Source of the DNA: Candidatus Sulfomarinibacteraceae bacterium
Lineage (GTDB): Bacteria; Acidobacteriota; Thermoanaerobaculia; Thermoanaerobaculales; Sulfomarinibacteraceae
Assembly (NCBI GenBank): GCA_963733915.1
Contig: CAVTEP010000001.1
Coordinates: 828,214-892,213, forward strand
Direction of reading: 5' to 3'
Length of the DNA stretch: 64,000 nt
A program made the translations under genes and the position numbers. Each line of letters starts with the position of its first letter. The stretch's first letter is position 1. Below the pieces are notes generated by a model that did not search any database, was not told the DNA's origin, and saw only the letters and a list, made by a program, of their open reading frames with translations. Of the stretch, positions 9,949 to 20,440 are shown piece by piece.

Positions 9949-10833
9949 ATGGACGTTTCTCAAAGCTATACAGAAACCTTTGTCGAGCTGATCAGGAGAG
10001 CCTCGACCGAGCTTCCCGGCGAGGTCATCGGCGCGATCGAAAAGGGGCGGGATTCCGAGCGCGAGGGAGGTCTGGCTTCGATAGCTTTCGAGACGATCCT
10101 CAACAACATCGAGCTCGCTCGCGAGAGCTCGGCACCGATCTGCCAGGACACCGGAACTCCGGTGGTCTGGATCCATCACCCGGTCGGGGTCAGCACCCGT
10201 GTTCTCACGGGCAACTTCAACGCCGCCGTGCGCGAAGCCACCGCCCGCAAGTACCTCCGTCCGAACGCCGTCAACACGCTCACCGGGGGAAACACCGGCG
10301 ACGGCGCGGGCCGTGGCATCCCGTTTCTCCACTTCGAAGAGTGGGACGAGCCGCGGGTCGAGGTGCGGATGATCCTCAAAGGCGGCGGCAGCGAGAATGT
10401 CGGCGCACAGTACAAGCTGCCCGACGGGCGTCTCAAGGCGGGCCGCGACCTCGAGGGCGTACGCCGGGTGGTGCTCGACGCAGTGGTCGATGCACAGGGG
10501 AAGGGGTGCGCGCCGGGGGTGCTCGGCGTGTGCGTCGGCGGCGACCGGGTGTCGGGCTTCGAGCATTCCAAGCGACAGCTGCTGCGGCCTCTGGAGGACG
10601 TCAACCCGATCGCCGAGCTGGCGGAGCTCGAGGAGCGGCTGTTGCGCGAGGGCAATGAGCTCGGCATCGGCCCGATGGGGTTTGGCGGCAACACCACCCT
10701 GCTCGGCGTCAAGGTCGGAGTTCTCGACCGATTGCCGGCGTGCTACTTCGTGACCGTGTCGTACATGTGCTGGGCCGCCCGCAAGGCTGCCGTGAGCATC
10801 GACGAGGGGGGAGTGCCGACATGGCTGAGCTGA
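9949..10833 (+). CDS. Class I Fe-S fumarate hydratase / tartrate dehydratase, alpha subunit
   Basis: Motifs PICQDTG, KGGGSEN, GCAP and GIGPMGFGG. Confidence 0.92.
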   Translation: MDVSQSYTETFVELIRRASTELPGEVIGAIEKGRDSEREGGLASIAFETILNNIELARESSAPICQDTGTPVVWIHHPVGVSTRVLTGNFNAAVREATARKYLRPNAVNTLTGGNTGDGAGRGIPFLHFEEWDEPRVEVRMILKGGGSENVGAQYKLPDGRLKAGRDLEGVRRVVLDAVVDAQGKGCAPGVLGVCVGGDRVSGFEHSKRQLLRPLEDVNPIAELAELEERLLREGNELGIGPMGFGGNTTLLGVKVGVLDRLPACYFVTVSYMCWAARKAAVSIDEGGVPTWLS

Positions 10834-11408
10834 AGCTTCCGGTCGACGAAGAGACCATCCGCAACCTCAAGGTTGGTGACTTTGTCGAGCTGTCGGGCCG
10901 CATGATCACCGGCCGTGACGCAGCCCACAAATGGCTCATCGAGGAGTTCCGCGAGGACGTGGCGCCCTTTCTGGAGGGCTCCGTGATCTACCACTGCGGC
11001 CCTGTCGTGTCGAAGAACGATGATGGCAGCTATGACTTCGTGGCCGCCGGGCCGACCACCTCGATCCGTGAGGAACCCTACCAGGCGGATGTCATCGGTC
11101 GCTACGGCCTGCGCGGCGTGATCGGCAAGGGCGGCATGGGTGCGAAGACCCTCGCCGGTCTCGGCGAGCACGGTGCCGTTTACCTGCACGCGGTCGGCGG
11201 CGCCGCCCAGGTGCTGGCGCGCGCAATCCCCCGCGTCGAACGGGTGTTCATGCTCGAGGAGTTCGGCGTGCCCGAGGCGCTGTGGGTGATCGAGGTCGAT
11301 CACTTCCCGGTGATGGTCACCATGGACTCCCACGGAGGCTCGCTGCACGTGGAGGTGGAGGAACGGTCCCAGGCCAAGCTCAGGGAGCTGCTCGGCTTCG
11401 CGGTGTAG
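10821..11408 (+). CDS. Class I Fe-S fumarate hydratase, beta subunit
   Basis: Motifs TGRDAAH, YHCGP, AGPTTS, IGKGG and DSHGGSLH; overlaps the alpha gene. Confidence 0.92.
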   Translation: MAELKLPVDEETIRNLKVGDFVELSGRMITGRDAAHKWLIEEFREDVAPFLEGSVIYHCGPVVSKNDDGSYDFVAAGPTTSIREEPYQADVIGRYGLRGVIGKGGMGAKTLAGLGEHGAVYLHAVGGAAQVLARAIPRVERVFMLEEFGVPEALWVIEVDHFPVMVTMDSHGGSLHVEVEERSQAKLRELLGFAV

Positions 11409-11489
11409 CCCGCCCTTTGGCGGTGGCGTCGAAGAGCATGCCCGGAGCGAGTCATGGCAACACCTGACGAACTGAAGTAGTGTCATCCG

Positions 11490-11879
11490 ATGGCGTGCGA
11501 GGCAAAGAACCGCGAGCGTGGCTTCAGCCTCGTCGAGGCGATCGCGGCGCTCACGATCTTCGGGCTCGCCGTCATCGTCGCTGCCGGCTTTCTCGATGTC
11601 CAGATGAGCGCCACCCGGCGGCTCGAGGCGCGGGCGGACCTGGTGCGGGCGGCCGAGACCGTTCTCGAAAGCGTGCGCGGCGGTGCCTTGCCGCTGGTCT
11701 CGGGCACTATCGACCTCAGGGACGAGTTCCAGCCGCTTTCGGCCATCACGGTGAGAATCGACCTGGTCGTGCGCCCGCGATCGATTCCCGGTCTGTACGA
11801 GGTCGAGGTCAGGGCGCAGGCGATGGTGCGCAGCGAAGACATGGTGGTGTCCATCACCACCGGGGTGTGGCGGCCGTGA
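11490..11879 (+). CDS. Type IV pilin / T2SS pseudopilin
   Basis: Class III signal ERG|FSLVEA followed by a hydrophobic helix. Confidence 0.8.
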   Translation: MACEAKNRERGFSLVEAIAALTIFGLAVIVAAGFLDVQMSATRRLEARADLVRAAETVLESVRGGALPLVSGTIDLRDEFQPLSAITVRIDLVVRPRSIPGLYEVEVRAQAMVRSEDMVVSITTGVWRP

Positions 11880-12404
11880 AGGGGAACCGGGGCACGTCGC
11901 TGGTCGAGCTCCTGGTCGTGCTCGCGCTGATGAGCACGATGGTGCTGGTGGCAGCGGACCTGGTGGTGCACTCGATGAAGCTGCTCGCCGCTACCGGCCG
12001 CTCGGTGCACAATCCGATGCTGGTGCACGTCAACGCCCGCCTGCGCCGCGATGTCCAGGAGGCTTCCAGACTCCTGACCGAGGAGTGGGTGTGGAGTCGA
12101 AGACCCTCTCGTGCTGGTGCGCAACGACGGCTCGCTGGTTCACATTTGGCTCGAGGATGGGGCTCTCGTGCGGGCAACCGACGGCGGGCCCGGTGGGGGG
12201 GCCGAAGAACGGGTGCTGCTCCGCGGGGTCTCCTCGTGGTGGTGGCGTTCGCCGGTCACGGGTGTGGTCGATCTCAACATCGGCTACCTCGTCAACCCCG
12301 AGCCCGAACAACAGACGGCGCGCGACGCCGTCTCCACGCTCGAGCACCGGCAGGAGAGCCTCCGTTTCGCCATCCGCGGCTCCGGCGGCGGGAGGCGCTG
12401 GTGA
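11876..12404 (+). CDS. Minor pseudopilin (PulJ/PilW-like), apparent frameshift near 12100
   Basis: RG|TSLVELLVV at GTG 11876. The reading frame continues in ORF 12111..12404. Confidence 0.65.
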
Positions 12405-12806
12405 ACGCGCGGTCGTCCGAGCGCGGCGTCGCCCTGGTTTTCGCCCTCGCCACGCTGACGCTGGTGGCGATCACCATCGCCGCCGTCGCCTCCCAGATCC
12501 AGTCGCGCGGCGCCGGGGTCGTGATCGGGGAACGCTCGGTGCGTCTGGTTGCTCTGTCGGACGCCGCGATGGCCGAGACCCTGGCCGAGCTCGCCGACCG
12601 CGGTGCGGCGTTTGGCGGCATCTCCGAACGTTCCGTTCCGGGCGGCTCGATTGACGAGCTCTGTGCGGCCGCTCGGCGAGTGGGAGGCGGAGGTGATTGC
12701 CGTCGGTGTCCGCGACGGCTGGCAGTCGGTCATCACCGCCCAGGTGAGTCTCCATGGCGCTCCGCGAGTCGTGTGGTGGCAACGCACCCAGAACCCGGTC
12801 CCCTGA
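12401..12806 (+). CDS. Minor pseudopilin (GspK/PilX-like), apparent frameshift near 12650
   Basis: ERG|VALVFAL lacking E5. The C-terminus continues in ORF 12549..12806. Confidence 0.6.
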
Positions 12807-12825
12807 TCCCGTCTCGGTGCGCGAG

Positions 12826-12887
12826 CCCGCCCACCCACCCTCGGAAACCCGCGCACGATGTGCTGCGGCTTTCCGAGGGGAGGGGGG
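12826..12887. repeat. CCCACCCTCGGAAA...TTTCCGAGGGG hairpin element
   Basis: Inverted repeat; a second copy lies at 53278-53350. Confidence 0.75.
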
Positions 12888-13029
12888 AAAATCCACAAAT
12901 CCGAGTATCTTTCGAAACTCTCAGAGTTGGCTCGGGACGAGACGTTTCAGGTTTCCGTCTTCCGAAAACCGAACTTATCGGCTGTGGAAACAGAGCTGCG
13001 ATACCATGGGCGCGCCAGGAACCCGGACA

Positions 13030-15756
13030 ATGCGAAACCTGATCGGTAGCACCCTTAGCCACTACCGCATCGTCGAGCAGATCGGCGCGGGCGGGATGGG
13101 AGTCGTCTACCGCGCGCACGACGAGCGGCTCGATCGCGATGTGGCGGTCAAGGTGCTGCCGGAGAACGTCGCGCAGGACCGGGACCGTCTCGCCCGCTTC
13201 GAACGCGAGGCGAAGGCCGTGGCCGCCCTGTCGCATCCCAACATCCTCGAGATCTTCGACTTCGACACCGAGGCAAACGTCAGCTTTGCGGTGACCGAGC
13301 TCCTCGAGGGCGAGACCTTGCAGGAGCACCTGCAGAAATCACGCGGTCCGCTGCCCTGGAGGCAGGTACGGGAGATTGGTGCAGCGGTGGCGGATGGTCT
13401 CGGTGCGGCCCACGGCAGGGGAGTGGTCCACCGGGACATCAAACCGTCCAACATCTTTCTGTGCTCGGACGGGCGGGTGAAAATCCTCGACTTCGGCCTC
13501 GCCGCCACCCCCGGGGTGGTGGCCAGCGAGGCTGAGACAGGTTCACTCGAGGCGCCTCTGACTCGCAAGGGCTCGGTGATGGGGACGGTCGGGTACATGG
13601 CGCCTGAGCAGGTGCGAGGCGAGCCGGCCGACCATCGTTCCGACATCTTTGCCCTCGGTTGTGTGCTCTACGAAATGCTCACCGGAGTACGAGCATTCAA
13701 GCGGGAAACCACCGCCGAGATCATGACCGCCATCCTCCGGGAGGAGCCACCGTCGTTTGCCGAGTTGGGCGCGAAGGTACCACCGGAGCTCGCCAATACG
13801 GTCAGCCACTGTCTGGAGAAGAAACCGGACACGCCGCTACCAGTCGGCACGGGACCTGGCTTTTGCATTGGAATCGATGTCGGGCAGCACGGCACCCGTC
13901 GCACCGCTCGCTGCCGAGCCCGTCACATCGCCGCGAAGGTGGCCCGTTATCGCGGCCATCCTGGCCACCCTGTCGGTGTTGCTGGCCGTTCTGCTCTGGA
14001 TGCAACCTCCCCGTGTCGATCTCGGCAGCTACCGTTTCACGCCCTTCGCCACCGACGCTGAGAACGAATATCGGGCGGCGTGGTCCCCCGATGGCCGGAG
14101 CATCGCATACACAAAGACGGTGGATGGCCGGGCGCAAGTTGTCGTCCGCGGCCTCGATGCCGACTCACCGGTCCAAATCACCGATCTACCCGGCGGAGCA
14201 TGGGAGCCGTTCTGGTCGCCGGATGGGGGCCGCGTATGGTTTCGATCCGACTCCGGGGTCTGGTCCGTCGGGCGTGCGGGCGGCGAGCCAGAGCTGGCTC
14301 AGGAGGGACCCGTGAATGCAGCGGCTCTGTCGCCGGACGGCCGCACCCTGGCCACCTGGCGGTTGACGATAACGGACGACGGGACAATCGGCAGCGTCTG
14401 GCTTGCCTCTCCGCCCACGGCGAAGCCACGGACGTACACGCCCTCACCGTTCGAGGTCCATGGCAAGCTCGTCCCGGTTTACCTGCGTTTCTCACCCAAC
14501 GGTACGCAGATCCTCGCCTCGATTACAGGCACCGAGGGCCCAGAGGTTTGGCTGCTCCCGTTTCCCGATGGCGCCGAGGCCCGAGGCACGCCCCGCCAGG
14601 TCCATTCGGACCATCGTTGGCCTTAGCACGCCGGCCATTTCGTGGATGCCGGACAGCCGGCACATCGTCATGACGGTCAGAGAAACGCCCGCATCGCGAC
14701 AACAAGCTCGTGATGGCGGACCTCCGGGCCCAGACTCTCAGATCGCTTACGGCTGGGGTCGCAGATGAAACTCAGCCGGATGTTTCACCGGACGGCTCGA
14801 AGATTGTCTTCACCTCTGGCGGGCCTGATTGCGACATCGTCGATGTGCCTCTGAATGGAACGCCATTGCGGGACATGCTCTCTACCAGCCGCGACGAGCA
14901 CTCCGCCGCGTGGGTGCCAGGCCAGCATCGCTTCGTCTACATGACGGACCGGAGCGGACAGGTGGAGATCCGGGTGCGCAGCAGCACCGAGGACTGGGAC
15001 CGTCCGGTCGTCACGCAGGAGGACTTTCCGGAGGACGTGACGAGCATCATGCGGGGCCCGACCGTCTCCCCGGATGGCGAATCGGTCGCCTACGACCGTC
15101 AGCCGGAACGCGGGCGGGCCGCGATTTGGATCTCGCCCATCATCGGTGGGCCTCCCACAAGGCTCATCGAAACCGCGGGTTCGCAGTACGCGCCCGACTG
15201 GTCGCCCGACGGCAAGTGGTTGTCGTTTATCTGGAGCGAAGGTGGCGCGTACAAGCTCGTCAAGAGCCGCGTAGGTGCCAACAATGTGCCTCAGATACTC
15301 GTTGACGACTGTCTGAGCCCTGCGATCATTCCAGCCTGGTCGCCGACGGGAGAGTGGATTGTTTATCACTGTCACGAAGAACCCGGGGACGGCATCAAGC
15401 TCGTCTCGCCCGATGGAGGGCAATCGCGATTCCTCGCTCGGGTTGGTTATCCAAAGGGCTTCGTCTGGTCACCCGATGGCACGACGATCTATGTCATCAA
15501 GACCCGACCGGGAAACCCAGAGCTCCTCGCGGTGGATGTCGGGACCGGCGACGTCACCACGATCCGGGAATTCAGTTCCGAGGTCATTTTCTCCACTCCC
15601 TTTTCTCCTGGCACTCGATTCACCCTGGCTCCGGACGCCAGGAGCTTCTCGGCTACGGTATTCCACGTTCGCATGGACCTGTGGCTCCTCGAGGGATTCA
15701 ACCAGCGCACGAGTCTCCTCAACCGGTTTCGCCAAAAGAAGGTGCCCCAACCATAA
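13030..15756 (+). CDS. Hanks-type Ser/Thr kinase with TM helix and TolB-like (PD40) beta-propeller repeats; three apparent frameshifts (~13830, ~14600, ~14700)
   Basis: Kinase motifs GAGGMG, VAVK, HRDIKPSN, DFG and YMAPE, followed by many WSPDG repeats split over three ORFs. Confidence 0.85.
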
Positions 15757-15851
15757 CAGGGTCACAGCGTCTCCTTTTCGAGGTGACTGTCAGGGTCGGG
15801 TTGTCATCGAACGCCTTGCATTTTTATGCGTTAGGGATTATGTTTTGATGT

Positions 15852-16088
15852 ATGAGAACGACGATCGAAATCAGCGATGAGTTGTTGCGGCAGGCGAAGA
15901 GGCGGGCGGCGGACGAGGGCGGTCCCTTGCGGGCCGTGGTCGAGGCGGCGCTCCGGGCCTATCTGGGCAGGGGTCGGCAGCGACGCGGCTATCGGCTGAA
16001 GTGGAACACCGAGAAGGGCCTGCTCCGACCCGGCGTCCGTCTCCACGATCGTGCGGCGCTCCTCGATCTGATGGACGGGCGCGAGTGA
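15852..16088 (+). CDS. vapB: VapB-like antitoxin (RHH)
   Basis: [14 protein letters not shown]; overlaps a PIN-domain gene by GTGA. Confidence 0.8.
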   Translation: MRTTIEISDELLRQAKRRAADEGGPLRAVVEAALRAYLGRGRQRRGYRLKWNTEKGLLRPGVRLHDRAALLDLMDGRE

Positions 16089-16519
16089 TCGCTCTAGATA
16101 CGAACGTCCTGGTTTATGCCCGGCGCCGGGAGACGGCTCAGCACCGCGAGGCGTTGAAGATCCTGAAGCTGCTTGCCGAGGGAGAAGCGCCGTGGGCGTT
16201 GCCGTGGCCGTGCGTGTACGAGTTCCTGCGGGTCGTCACCCACCCGCGGGTCTTCGACCCGCCGACCGATCTCGAGGAAGCAATCACCGGCCTCGAGTCT
16301 CTGCTCGCCTCGCCATCGCTCGTCCTCCTCGGCGAGGGCCCCGCACATCTCGAGCACTTCCGCCGTGCGGTGCTCGACGCCCAGGCGGTGGGTAACCTGG
16401 TTCACGACGCGCACATCGCGGCGTTGTGCGTCGAGCACGGGGTACGGGAGCTCTATACCGCGGATCGTGACTTCCGCCGGTTCCAAGGTCTCCTCGTCAC
16501 CAATCCCTTTGCCGATTGA
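16085..16519 (+). CDS. vapC: VapC PIN-domain toxin
   Basis: Motifs [22 protein letters not shown] and TADRDF. Confidence 0.9.
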   Translation: MIALDTNVLVYARRRETAQHREALKILKLLAEGEAPWALPWPCVYEFLRVVTHPRVFDPPTDLEEAITGLESLLASPSLVLLGEGPAHLEHFRRAVLDAQAVGNLVHDAHIAALCVEHGVRELYTADRDFRRFQGLLVTNPFAD

Positions 16520-16566
16520 AAGCCCGAGCTGCTGCAACAGGGCAACCACTAAACATTTGCCTAGTT

Positions 16567-16852
16567 CGGAAATGCGTGAGATCGAGGGTTGGAAGTTTCG
16601 GTCAGCAGCGACAGGGACAGAGACAGACGGCAGAGGCAGGGTCAGAGGGCAGCGGCCGGGGCAGCGCTCAAGGGTCGTGACGCGCTGGACCGTCCGGGCG
16701 CTGCCGCCGTCCCTGCCCGAAGTTGCAACGGATAGAACCAACGACTTCGTGGGGGGGGGCTCCCCTTTTCCCCTTTTCCCCTTTTCTCCTCTCCGTCCTC
16801 GGGACGGCCGGGCGGAACGTTCAAACGTTCTAACGTTCTAACGTTCTAACGT
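16567..16852 (+). mobile_element. Gene-less (MITE-like) internal-deletion derivative of the four-helix-bundle element
   Basis: 16567-16682 matches leader 39232-39358. 16700-16852 matches the trailer end plus the (CCCCTTTT)n-GGGCGG-(AACGTTCT)n tail at 40048-40125. Mobility is inferred. Confidence 0.7.
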
Positions 16853-18335
16853 TGGTGCGCTGCAGCATCCGATTCCTGGGATCGCGGCTCTCGCCGACCG
16901 CGGAAACGCGGATCGCGGCCTGCTCGCCGACCGGACAGCGGTTCTCGCACAGTCCGCAGCCGGTGCAGAGGTCGGGGGTGACGGAGGGGCGCTGCAGGAT
17001 GACGGCTTTGCCGTCGCGGCGGGTCACCTCGACGGTCTCGAGCCAGACCGCTTTGGGCGAGGTGGGGCACATCTCCTCGCAGACGATGCAGGGCGTTTCC
17101 ATGCCCCAGGGCAGGCAGCGGCCGCGGTCGACAAAGGCGGTGCCGATGGTGACCTCGGCCGGTCCGCCGATCGCCTGTTTGGCGTTGGGGTCGACGGTGG
17201 CGATGGCGGCGGTCGGGCAGACCTCGCCGCAGCGGATACACGACGGCTCGCACCAGCCGCGGCGCATGTCGAGGATCGGCGTGAACAGCCCCTCGACCCC
17301 GGTCTTGCCGAGGTCGGCGCGGATCACCCCGGTGGGACAGGAGGCCGAGCAGGCGCCACAGGTGATGCAGCGGGCGAGGAAGGCCTCCTCGTCGAGCGCG
17401 CCCGGCGGGCGGATTCCATCGTGGGCGCGGCCTTCGAGGCCGTTGCCGGCCGCGCGCAGCACCGGCGCAAAGGCGGCCGAACCGGCGACGGTGAGCAGGA
17501 AACGGCGGCGGCCGACATCGAGGGCCGGCACGGGCTGTGCGGTTTGGGCTGACGGCAGACCGTAGTGCAGGCTCTCCTCGGAGCAGGTGCCGAGACAGTT
17601 GAGGCAGACGTGGCACTCGCTGACGCGGTGCTTCTCGAGCGGCTCGTCGGCCCCCTGGCAGGCGAATACGCACAGCGTGCAGCCGGTGCAGGAACCCGAC
17701 TGGTCGCGACGGATGCGCAACGGGGCGAGACGGGCGACGACACCCATCAGGGCTCCCAGGGGACACACTGCGCGACAGAAGAAGCGGGGGATCATCGCCG
17801 ACAACAGGAGAATCGTGGCCAGCAGGCCAAAGCTGACCCAGCCGCCGGGGGAAAGGCCGCCGTGCCACAGTGGGCGGATGCCGCCGGCAAAGGCGCGGTG
17901 GAGCAGGGGGATGGGGTCGAGCCAGCCGATGTGGTTGGCGCCAAGCGCGGCCCACACCAGGAGCACCGTGAGCACGATGTACTTGATCGAGAACCAGCGG
18001 TGGTAGCGGTTGATCTTGGGCCGCTTGCGGCGCTCGGGGCCGGCGATCCAGGAGACGATTTGCTGGAGGGTGCCGAGCGGACACACCCAGCCGCAGAAGA
18101 TACGGCCGAGGACCGCGGTGAGGGCCAGGACCGCGAGGCCGATCCAGGTCCAGCGGGGAATGGTCCAGTCGGACAGCGCCGTGCCGATGGCGGTCAAGGG
18201 ATCGAGGGCGAGCAGGATTGAAGCCGCCGCCGCGGGCACCCGCGGCTCGGCAAGCCCCCAGAAAAGCGCCACGAACGCAAGCAGGAAGAGCGCCTGGGAG
18301 AGTATCCGATAGTGCCGCGCGCGAGGCAGCTTCAT
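16830..18335 (-). CDS. Membrane 4Fe-4S protein (NapH/MauN-like fused to MauM/NapG-like)
   Basis: Motifs GRIFCGWVCPLG, FFCRAVCPLG, IRPPGA and multiple CxxCxxCxxxCP. Start taken at ATG 18335 because the upstream part of the ORF is repeat-derived. Confidence 0.88.
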   Translation of the reverse strand: MKLPRARHYRILSQALFLLAFVALFWGLAEPRVPAAAASILLALDPLTAIGTALSDWTIPRWTWIGLAVLALTAVLGRIFCGWVCPLGTLQQIVSWIAGPERRKRPKINRYHRWFSIKYIVLTVLLVWAALGANHIGWLDPIPLLHRAFAGGIRPLWHGGLSPGGWVSFGLLATILLLSAMIPRFFCRAVCPLGALMGVVARLAPLRIRRDQSGSCTGCTLCVFACQGADEPLEKHRVSECHVCLNCLGTCSEESLHYGLPSAQTAQPVPALDVGRRRFLLTVAGSAAFAPVLRAAGNGLEGRAHDGIRPPGALDEEAFLARCITCGACSASCPTGVIRADLGKTGVEGLFTPILDMRRGWCEPSCIRCGEVCPTAAIATVDPNAKQAIGGPAEVTIGTAFVDRGRCLPWGMETPCIVCEEMCPTSPKAVWLETVEVTRRDGKAVILQRPSVTPDLCTGCGLCENRCPVGEQAAIRVSAVGESRDPRNRMLQRTNVRTLER

Positions 18336-18361
18336 CGACACGATCCCATGAAAAGACCAGT

Positions 18362-18465
18362 GTTGAGTTTTGAGTTTTGAGTTTTGAGTTTCCACCCAAC
18401 CAACCGTGGGTGCCGGTGGGTGGGTGGGGGCAACTCAAAACTCAAAACTGAAAACTCAAAACTCA
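18362..18465. repeat. Inverted composite repeat (TTTTGAG)n - CCACCC..GGGTGGGTGGGGG - (CTCAAAA)n
   Basis: The whole unit is an imperfect palindrome. Confidence 0.92.
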
Positions 18466-18475
18466 CGGTCTTGCC

Positions 18476-19471
18476 TCAAGTCCCGATCGAGATCGACTTC
18501 CAGTCGGTGGTGCCGAGTCCAAGACGCGCGGCGATGGCGATGTGCGGCAGGTCTTCCGGACCGAGGTCGAGGAGCGAGGCGCCCCAGGCGTCGGCTGCCA
18601 CCGGGTCGGTCGCGACCGCGATCGTGTCGTCGGGCCGCACCAGCGCCAACGAGCCGCCCGTCGGGCCGCCGCCGGTGAGGACCCTGGTGGCGTCGATCAC
18701 CGTCAGAGTCGGACGGAAGGCCGCGCCGAGCTCGGCGCAGACCTGGCCGATCCGCTGGTGGAGGTTGGAGCGGCGGCCGACCACGGCGCCAAACCAGTTC
18801 TTCATGCCCAGCGTCGCGCGTGACAGCGAGTGGTGCTTGACCACCGGCACGTTGATGACCCGGTCGGCGCGGACGATGGGCTCGAGCACCTCCCATGGGC
18901 CAAGCACCGTGCCGCCGAGGTCGAGACGCACGGTGCCGGCGCTGCGCTGATGGCTGATCGATCCGCCGGCGTCACGAGCGGCGACGGCGATGCCCGAGCG
19001 CTCGAAAGAGCGGCCGGGATCGTGGCACGAGTTGTCGACCACGATCACAGACACCGCGCCGGCCGCGAGACACTGGCGGGCGAGCTCGCCGATCAGCTCT
19101 GGATCGGTGTTGGCGGCCTGTTCGGGTGAGCGGTCCCAGGCGCAGTTGGGCTTGATGGCGACCCGTTCGCCCGGTTTGACAAAGCTCTCGATGCCGCCCA
19201 TCGCCGCCAGCGCGAGGCGCAGGTTGGCCACCGGGCCACCACCCGCGGCGATCGCCAGACGGCCCGCCGCCTCGGGGTCGAGGCGCCAATCTTTCGGTCG
19301 CGGGAGTGATTCCACCGATGCCGGCTGGTGGCGACCCGGCCGGCCGCTGAAGCCGAGACCGAGCCCGGCGAGGGCGACGCCGGCGATGGCGGGTGGTCCC
19401 CACTGCCGGAGCAGATCGCGCCGGCCGATGGCGTGGTAAGGGTCGACGACAGGGAGCTTGTTGTTATCCAT
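18476..19471 (-). CDS. DUF362 domain protein (Tat-like leader)
   Basis: Motifs VAIKPN, ANTDP, INVPVVKHH, MKNWFG and DPVAADA; GRRDLL leader. Confidence 0.85.
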   Translation of the reverse strand: MDNNKLPVVDPYHAIGRRDLLRQWGPPAIAGVALAGLGLGFSGRPGRHQPASVESLPRPKDWRLDPEAAGRLAIAAGGGPVANLRLALAAMGGIESFVKPGERVAIKPNCAWDRSPEQAANTDPELIGELARQCLAAGAVSVIVVDNSCHDPGRSFERSGIAVAARDAGGSISHQRSAGTVRLDLGGTVLGPWEVLEPIVRADRVINVPVVKHHSLSRATLGMKNWFGAVVGRRSNLHQRIGQVCAELGAAFRPTLTVIDATRVLTGGGPTGGSLALVRPDDTIAVATDPVAADAWGASLLDLGPEDLPHIAIAARLGLGTTDWKSISIGT

Positions 19472-19504
19472 GTGGCCCTCAGCGCTCCAAGTGTACAGCG
19501 GCCT

Positions 19505-19742
19505 TCCCCCCACCCGTCCGAGAAAAGGAGAAAAGGAGAAAAGGAGAAAAGGAGCAGAGGAGCAGGACGTTAGAACGTTAGAACGTTTAACGTTGAAACG
19601 TTTTCCGCCCGCCCAACCTGATGTACCGGTGACGGGGGAGGGTGGCAACGTTCTAACGTGCCAACGTTCTAACGTGCCAACGTTCTCCCCGTTTCACAAC
19701 GACGTCCACCCGTGCCAACGATAAGACGTGCCAAAGTTCGAA
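19505..19742. repeat. Composite repeat (AAAAGGAG)n, (AACGTTAG)n, CCGCCCGCCC..GGGGGAGGGTGG, (AACGTTCT/AACGTGCC)n
   Basis: Octamer tandem blocks in a divergent intergenic region. Confidence 0.9.
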
Positions 19743-19838
19743 CGCGTCGTGCGATTCGAGGCAGACGGCCTCCTCTGCGGCCCGCGCCATGTACAATATG
19801 CCGCACCGAAATCCCCGCAGGGAATTGGAGTTGAAAAA

Positions 19839-20429
19839 ATGAGCAAGGCACTGATCGGTTGTGGTCTGGCGGTCGTCGGGCTGATCGTAGTCGTTGCCGT
19901 CATGGTCAGCGGCATCTACAACAATCTCGTGGGTCTGCAGGAGGGCGTCGACGCGGCCTGGGGCCAGGTCGAAAACGTCTACCAGCGCCGCGCCGATCTG
20001 ATCCCGAACCTGGTGGCGACGGTCAAGGGCGCGGCCGAGTTCGAGCAGGAGACCTTGCAGAACGTCATCGAGGCGAGGGCAAAGATCGGGCAGATGAACA
20101 TCGAGGGCGCGCCGACGCCGGCCCAGATGGAGACCTTTCAGGCCAACCAGGACGCGCTGAGCTCGGCGTTGTCGCGGTTGCTGGTGGTGGTCGAGCGCTA
20201 CCCGGACCTCAAGGCGGTGCAGGCGTTTCGTGACCTCCAGGTCCAGCTCGAGGGCACCGAGAACCGGATCGCGGTCGAACGCAACCGCTACAACGAGGCG
20301 GCACGCGGTTACAACACCGCGCGGCGCCGGTTTCCCGCGGTCCTGTTTGCCGAGCTCATGGGCTTTGCCGACAAGGGCTACTTCGAGTCGAAACCGGGCG
20401 CGGACGAGCCTCCGCAGGTGGAGTTCTAG
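19839..20429 (+). CDS. lemA: LemA family protein
   Basis: Motifs YQRRADLIPNLV, ERYPDLKA and LEGTENRI. Confidence 0.95.
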   Translation: MSKALIGCGLAVVGLIVVVAVMVSGIYNNLVGLQEGVDAAWGQVENVYQRRADLIPNLVATVKGAAEFEQETLQNVIEARAKIGQMNIEGAPTPAQMETFQANQDALSSALSRLLVVVERYPDLKAVQAFRDLQVQLEGTENRIAVERNRYNEAARGYNTARRRFPAVLFAELMGFADKGYFESKPGADEPPQVEF

Positions 20430-20440
20430 CTCGGCGGTTC

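Noticed and set aside
11480-13042. 520-aa ORF
   Set aside because: Chimera of pseudopilin segments joined by frameshifts.
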